Shown piece by piece: positions 59,486 through 64,000 of a DNA stretch of 64,000 nucleotides. Position numbers and translations under genes: made by a program. Below the pieces are notes generated by a model, which did no database searches, was not told where the DNA came from, and saw only the letters and a program-made list of their open reading frames with translations. Positions within the stretch are counted from its first letter, which is position 1. Every line of letters starts with the position of its first letter. The DNA is from Candidatus Melainabacteria bacterium 17Bon1m (GTDB lineage: Bacteria > Cyanobacteriota > Vampirovibrionia > Obscuribacterales > Obscuribacteraceae): positions 96,001 to 160,000 of the forward strand of contig JAVLKG010000012.1 of NCBI GenBank assembly GCA_032128875.1. Reading direction: 5' to 3'.

Positions 59486-59487
59486 TT

Positions 59488-60324
59488 ATGGATGACACAT
59501 TAGAGCTTACTCCAGTCGACCAAAGGCTAGTTGATGATTTACTGCAAGAGCTGTACCGGCAGTGCGGTGTGGATTATCGCAATTACAGCCGGACATTTTT
59601 GTCGCGCCGCATTTCCGCCTTTGTCAAAAAACAGAATTTCAATTCTGTAGAAGAAATGGTTGAACGCGTCTTGGAGCATGACGAAGATTTGGAGCAATTC
59701 ATCGGCTCGCTCTCTTTGCCTACCACGCGCATGTTTCGTGATCCTCAGGTGTTTCGTTATTTGCGAGAATCTGTAATTCCGATGCTATCTGGCACGCATT
59801 TGACAAAGATTTGGAGTGCGGGTTGCTCGACAGGAGAGGAAGCGTATTCACTTGCAATTATTTTGCATGAGGAATTGCTGGGGCGAAAGATTCTAACGTT
59901 TGCTACTGATCTCAATGAGAAATCACTCTACAAAGCGAAGAAAGGGATTTATCAGGTACGCCGAATGCGTACGTACACATTGGGTTATATGGCATCTGGC
60001 GGCACGCGTGATTTTTCCAATTACTACACGGCAGACGATGAAAACGCCATTTTCAATGAAGACATAAGGAAGAACATCGTATTTGCTCAACATAATCTTG
60101 TCACCGACTCGACTTTCAATGAATTCGATTTGATACTCTGCCGTAATGTTCTGATTTACTTCAATCGAGAGTTGCAGGAGCGCGTCGTAGAGCTCTTGTC
60201 GAAAAGCTTACGCCCCGGGGGAGTTTTGATACTGGGAGACAAGGAGTCTCTTAGATCTATGTCGTCACAAAATGATTTTGTCGAATTAGATCGTATGTTT
60301 CGCGTCTTCAAAAAACGTGAGTAA
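59488..60324 (+). CDS. cheR: Protein-glutamate O-methyltransferase CheR
   Basis: T.MFRDP, IWSAGCSTGEEAYSLAI, ATDL, HNL, ILCRNVLIYF. Confidence 0.93.
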   Translation: MDDTLELTPVDQRLVDDLLQELYRQCGVDYRNYSRTFLSRRISAFVKKQNFNSVEEMVERVLEHDEDLEQFIGSLSLPTTRMFRDPQVFRYLRESVIPMLSGTHLTKIWSAGCSTGEEAYSLAIILHEELLGRKILTFATDLNEKSLYKAKKGIYQVRRMRTYTLGYMASGGTRDFSNYYTADDENAIFNEDIRKNIVFAQHNLVTDSTFNEFDLILCRNVLIYFNRELQERVVELLSKSLRPGGVLILGDKESLRSMSSQNDFVELDRMFRVFKKRE

Positions 60325-60325
60325 C

Positions 60326-61426
60326 CTAACGTTGAGCGGCTATTTCTCTGGGAAGTTCGACCAAGAAAGATGTGCCTGTCTCAGATGGGCATGCACAACT
60401 GATTGTGCCTTTGTGCATCGTTACTATTTGCTGGCACAGGTATAGACCCAATCCTGTACCTGGTGTGTGTCGTCGGCTCGCGCGCCCTCTCCAGAAACGC
60501 TCGAAAAGATGTTTTCTATCCTCTTCAGGAATTCCAGGACCAGTATCACTTACCTTAAGTGTCACGCTGTCTGCAGAACTCGATAATGACACTTTCACTT
60601 CGCCACCAGTGGGAGTGTATTTGAGCGCATTGTCCAATAGATTTCGAAGAACTCTAGTGAGTGAGTCTGCATCCGCAAGTACAACCGCGTCAGGATTCTC
60701 AGGCATTTCTTTGAGCACTTGAATATTGCGATCGGTTGCAATAGGAGCAATTTCCTTCATGCAGTTGTTGATGATCTGCATCAAATTCGTGTGCTCGAAG
60801 TACAACGTCGCAAGATCTTTCTCGAATCGATAGACTTCGAGCAAATTTCCAATGAGAGTCAAAAGCGTCCAGTTGCTGTTTTTTATGTGGAAAAGCAGGT
60901 TTATTTGTTCGTCGTTGAGTTTGCCGATTTTTTCTTCAGCCATCAGCTCGATGACACGATTAGCTCCGATCAGCGGATTTTTCAGATCGTGTGTAAGAGT
61001 AGCCAAAAAATCTTCCCGCTCGTAAATCAACCTCGCTCTTTCTATAGCGTGCGTGATGGCCCTCGATAAGAGACGCCCATCAATCTCGCCCTTAATCAGG
61101 TAATCTTGCGCACCGGCCTTCATAGCTTGAACGCCAAGATCTTCTTCGTCTTGTCCGGTCAATATGATTACAGGGCACGCGTAGCCTCTGCGCCGCACGG
61201 CGTGCAATGTTTCGATTCCTTGGATGTCCGGCAAGGTCAGGTCTAGCAAAATGACATCAAACTGCCTCAGACTCATTATCAAATCAGCATCTTCGAAAGT
61301 GGCAGCATGCGCACAATCGAAAGTAAAAATTGACTTGCGCCTCAACAGCGCTTGCAGCGCTGATGCGAAAGTCGGGTCGTCCTCTATCAAAAGAATTTCC
61401 AGGTGTTTCTTGCTCATAGGAACCAT
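60326..61426 (-). CDS. Hybrid REC-histidine kinase
   Basis: IEDD, LLDL, LTG, YLIK; THDLKNPL, NLLDNALKY, DTGPGI, GTGLGL. Confidence 0.93.
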   Translation of the reverse strand: MVPMSKKHLEILLIEDDPTFASALQALLRRKSIFTFDCAHAATFEDADLIMSLRQFDVILLDLTLPDIQGIETLHAVRRRGYACPVIILTGQDEEDLGVQAMKAGAQDYLIKGEIDGRLLSRAITHAIERARLIYEREDFLATLTHDLKNPLIGANRVIELMAEEKIGKLNDEQINLLFHIKNSNWTLLTLIGNLLEVYRFEKDLATLYFEHTNLMQIINNCMKEIAPIATDRNIQVLKEMPENPDAVVLADADSLTRVLRNLLDNALKYTPTGGEVKVSLSSSADSVTLKVSDTGPGIPEEDRKHLFERFWRGRASRRHTPGTGLGLYLCQQIVTMHKGTISCACPSETGTSFLVELPREIAAQR

Positions 61427-61533
61427 TTCGAAAGAATAAGGAATTTACCTATCCTATCTCAAGTCCGCTCTAACTAGAAGCACCCAAAAGTGTTAAAAAT
61501 TACACCGAAGTGATTATTCCAAAATGTTCGTTT

Positions 61534-61548
61534 TTTACCGCGGTATGG
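61534..61548. promoter_or_regulatory. 15-bp element TTTACCGCGGTATGG (copy 2)
   Basis: Identical to 55804-55818. Confidence 0.45.
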
Positions 61549-61567
61549 GGCGCTTGGGGTTTTTTAG

Positions 61568-62815
61568 TTACCCTTTCAGAAGACCTGTCACTGTGTCCGA
61601 ATTAGAACTAAAGTCCGGAAAGACTGTCTGCAACTGACGCGACGAAAGTTGAAGGTGCTCGCCGATTACAGAAGAGACGACAGAACGAAAGTCGGTACGC
61701 ACCGGAAGATCTCTTCCTTCGTAGAGTGCGCGGTCCGTGATTCCATCCCAGTATCCCATCAGCTTACCACCCTGGACCGCGCCGCCTAATGCCCAGATGA
61801 AATTGCCGTGTCCATGGTCGGTTCCATTGTTGCCGTTTTCTTTGACAGTTCGTCCGAACTCAGACATTACTAGAATGACTGTGCGCTGATATGTATCGCC
61901 GAGTGACTCAGCCAAATCACTCAATCCGTGTCCAAGAACTTGCAAGTGATTTGCAAGCTGACCCTTGCCGTTGCCCTGGTTGACGTGAGTGTCGAATCCA
62001 CCTAAGTCTAAAAATGCAACTTGCACTTTTGGTTCTTCTCTCATCAGTTTGCCCAATTGCTTTCCGAATGCGCCAAATCTTGCAGCTTGAATTGCACCGC
62101 CGTTTGCCTGCATTTGCTCGCCACTGAGTTTTTCATTGATAGTCGTCCGCGCCTCCATGCCGTCCTGAAAAGCACGTTCTAAGCTGTCCCCGCGTCCTTC
62201 ATACATGCGCTCAAAGCTCGAGGCAATTACTTCATTGTCGATTGGGCTGCGTCTTCTCTTCAACTCTGCTTTGAAAGTCGCGGAAGCAACAGGACCTTGC
62301 AGAATGCGTGGTGTTGTTGAGCCAATATTGAGTGCGCGAACCGGCGAGTGATTGTCCGGCAATTGCGCCAGCAGACGATTGAGCCAGCCCGTGCTGGTGG
62401 CTTTTCGTCCGGGGCAGCCGCTTTCCATATAGTCTTGCGCATCGAAGTGTGAGCGTGTTGGATCGGGCGAACCTGAGTTTAGGACGAATGACAGAGACTT
62501 GTTTTTCCAAAGAGGCAATATTGGTTCGAGCGCGGGATGCAGGCCGAAATGTCCATCCAAATCCAGCACTCCGAGCTGATTGCCGGGGGGTGGTATGGCA
62601 ATGTTGTTTCGCACTTTGTAGTAGTTGGGATCGGAATATGGAACCACTACACTTAATCCATCGATAGCTCCCCTCAGGAAAACAACGACTAGTTTGTTGG
62701 TTGGACCCGAGTTTGAAGCCGCGCTGCCACTTGTCTTTGCCCAAACATTTACTTGTGGCATTAACAAGGAGGCTGTCGCCAGACCGGCGGTTTTCAAAAA
62801 ATCTCTTCTATTCAT
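61568..62815 (-). CDS. DUF1501 family Tat-exported protein
   Basis: MNRRDFLK Tat motif, FLRGAIDGL, RSHFDAQ, GGFDTH, SEFGRT, GTDHG. Confidence 0.9.
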   Translation of the reverse strand: MNRRDFLKTAGLATASLLMPQVNVWAKTSGSAASNSGPTNKLVVVFLRGAIDGLSVVVPYSDPNYYKVRNNIAIPPPGNQLGVLDLDGHFGLHPALEPILPLWKNKSLSFVLNSGSPDPTRSHFDAQDYMESGCPGRKATSTGWLNRLLAQLPDNHSPVRALNIGSTTPRILQGPVASATFKAELKRRRSPIDNEVIASSFERMYEGRGDSLERAFQDGMEARTTINEKLSGEQMQANGGAIQAARFGAFGKQLGKLMREEPKVQVAFLDLGGFDTHVNQGNGKGQLANHLQVLGHGLSDLAESLGDTYQRTVILVMSEFGRTVKENGNNGTDHGHGNFIWALGGAVQGGKLMGYWDGITDRALYEGRDLPVRTDFRSVVSSVIGEHLQLSSRQLQTVFPDFSSNSDTVTGLLKG

Positions 62816-62839
62816 TTTGCTACCGTCTCTCGAATAGTT

Positions 62840-64000
62840 CTAATACATCATGAATTCGGGGCTGCCTAGCACGAGGCTTTGTCTAAGTTGAGGCTGGGCC
62901 TGCTCTATAGCGCTTACTGTTTTCTCTGAAATGGTTGAAAGACTGTCTGTAACATCACCTTTTGGGTTTGCACTTACCCTGATTCCTGGCAGACGATTGG
63001 CACCAAGTGCGGTGGCAAAGTTGAGGCGGTTGATCAAACTGTCTGGATTCAGCCAAGCCTCTTTCGTATTTTTATAACCGTCTGGAGTCAAACATTTGTA
63101 CAGGGGTTGACCAGCTTGTTTTAAAAACGCGAGAAGCGGCAAGACATTATCTATGGTGGCGTCTGTCGCGCGCAGACTGGAAATAACATAGCGGTGCGGC
63201 GACTTGAATTTGTTGTTTCTGTTGGCGTTGCTCCAGAATTCGTCGCTGTCGAACATGGTCGTTAGAACTTCAGCAATTTGACCGTCAGTTCGTGTAAAAG
63301 TGGCTGCCATTTTTTGCACTAAAGAATCCGGCGGTTTGTCAGCCACAAAATACTGAGCCAGTTTGTAGCTTATGTGACGAGCTGTGGATGGATGGCGCGA
63401 GAGTATGTCGAGCGCTTCTTCAATTTCGCGCTCACCGCTGCCTTGAATTGTATGACCGACAACAACCTTTGTGCCTGTGTCGTGCCTGCGAGCATCGAAG
63501 AACGAGCCGGTTTTCGGATTACCAGGAATTGTGGAGGCAGACACCGCGTCTCCATAATTACGAATTCCTCTTTGCCTTGGTCGTCGAGAGAAGGGCTGCA
63601 TGTCAATGCTGTTGGTCTGCATCTGGCCAAGTTGCCCTGCGGCTTGTCGGCGTTGCATCACATTCCTGAGTGCCAAACCAGCGCCGCCACCAGGTTGCAG
63701 ACCCAAGCCAGTAAGAACTCTTGCCAGCTCTTGTACGTCCTTCTGGGTATAACCGCCGTCTACTCCAAGCGTGTGTAATTCCATCAATTCGCGCGCATAG
63801 TTTTCATTTATGCCTTTGAATTTGCTTTTGGCTTTGGGATTATTCAGCACCGGTCTATACGCCGCGGCAGTATTCTGCCAGTTGTCCAGGTAGAACAGCA
63901 TGGCCGCATGATGGGCGGTTGCGCCGAGTAAGTCGCGAAAGCGACCAAGTGCATAAGGACGAATTGCAGACTCTTCGTACTGACCCGTCCAAATATGGTC
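62840..64000 (-). CDS. DUF1800 family protein, C-terminal part (starts beyond window end)
   Basis: AMLFYLDN, NENYARELMELHTLG, YTQKDV, HPSTA, SPEF; the usual partner of DUF1501. Confidence 0.9.
   Translation of the reverse strand, partial: DHIWTGQYEESAIRPYALGRFRDLLGATAHHAAMLFYLDNWQNTAAAYRPVLNNPKAKSKFKGINENYARELMELHTLGVDGGYTQKDVQELARVLTGLGLQPGGGAGLALRNVMQRRQAAGQLGQMQTNSIDMQPFSRRPRQRGIRNYGDAVSASTIPGNPKTGSFFDARRHDTGTKVVVGHTIQGSGEREIEEALDILSRHPSTARHISYKLAQYFVADKPPDSLVQKMAATFTRTDGQIAEVLTTMFDSDEFWSNANRNNKFKSPHRYVISSLRATDATIDNVLPLLAFLKQAGQPLYKCLTPDGYKNTKEAWLNPDSLINRLNFATALGANRLPGIRVSANPKGDVTDSLSTISEKTVSAIEQAQPQLRQSLVLGSPEFMMY

Noticed and set aside
86..63778. Numerous antisense or overlapping ORFs in the six-frame track (e.g. 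86..460, 7581..8144, 13911..14537, 38867..39580, 54057..54686, 55844..56491)
   Set aside because: They are shadows of well-supported genes on another frame or strand and have no recognisable motifs.
1..64000. tRNA, rRNA, prophage or integrase genes
   Set aside because: I recognised no cloverleaf/T-loop signatures, rRNA motifs or phage hallmark proteins.

Overview
A gene-dense bacterial chromosomal window with about 58 CDS and no rRNA, tRNA, CRISPR array or prophage that I can recognise. The gene content suggests a non-photosynthetic cyanobacterial relative (Melainabacteria/Vampirovibrionia, Obscuribacterales-like). This is inference from a cyanobacterial-type CtpA without photosynthesis genes, three Hanks-type Ser/Thr kinases, a TadE-like pseudopilin and MshEN-repeat proteins. 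Housekeeping genes include purF-purC-purD, rluE, sixA, ndh, pckG, a Bpt/ATE1-like transferase and a DUF1800/DUF1501 pair. The window is rich in signalling genes: kinases, hybrid histidine kinases, CheR and an LMW-PTP. It also has a toxin-first type II TA pair and a REP-associated tyrosine transposase (RAYT) with cognate REP palindromes. The most notable observations are: (1) two separate tandem arrays of REP units, both truncated after 15 nt of a 20-nt palindrome; (2) two paralogous stand-alone multi-MshEN-like proteins with a shared C-terminal PGPWxGTFP tail; (3) a SMI1/KNR4 protein fused to a ClpX-type zinc finger; (4) a degenerate REC-HK pseudokinase with an intact paralog in the window; (5) a CHASE3 hybrid kinase-CheR module lacking CheB, bracketed by an identical 15-bp sequence; (6) unannotated small-ORF and structured-RNA candidates. 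All family calls come from motif recognition by eye, with no database searches.
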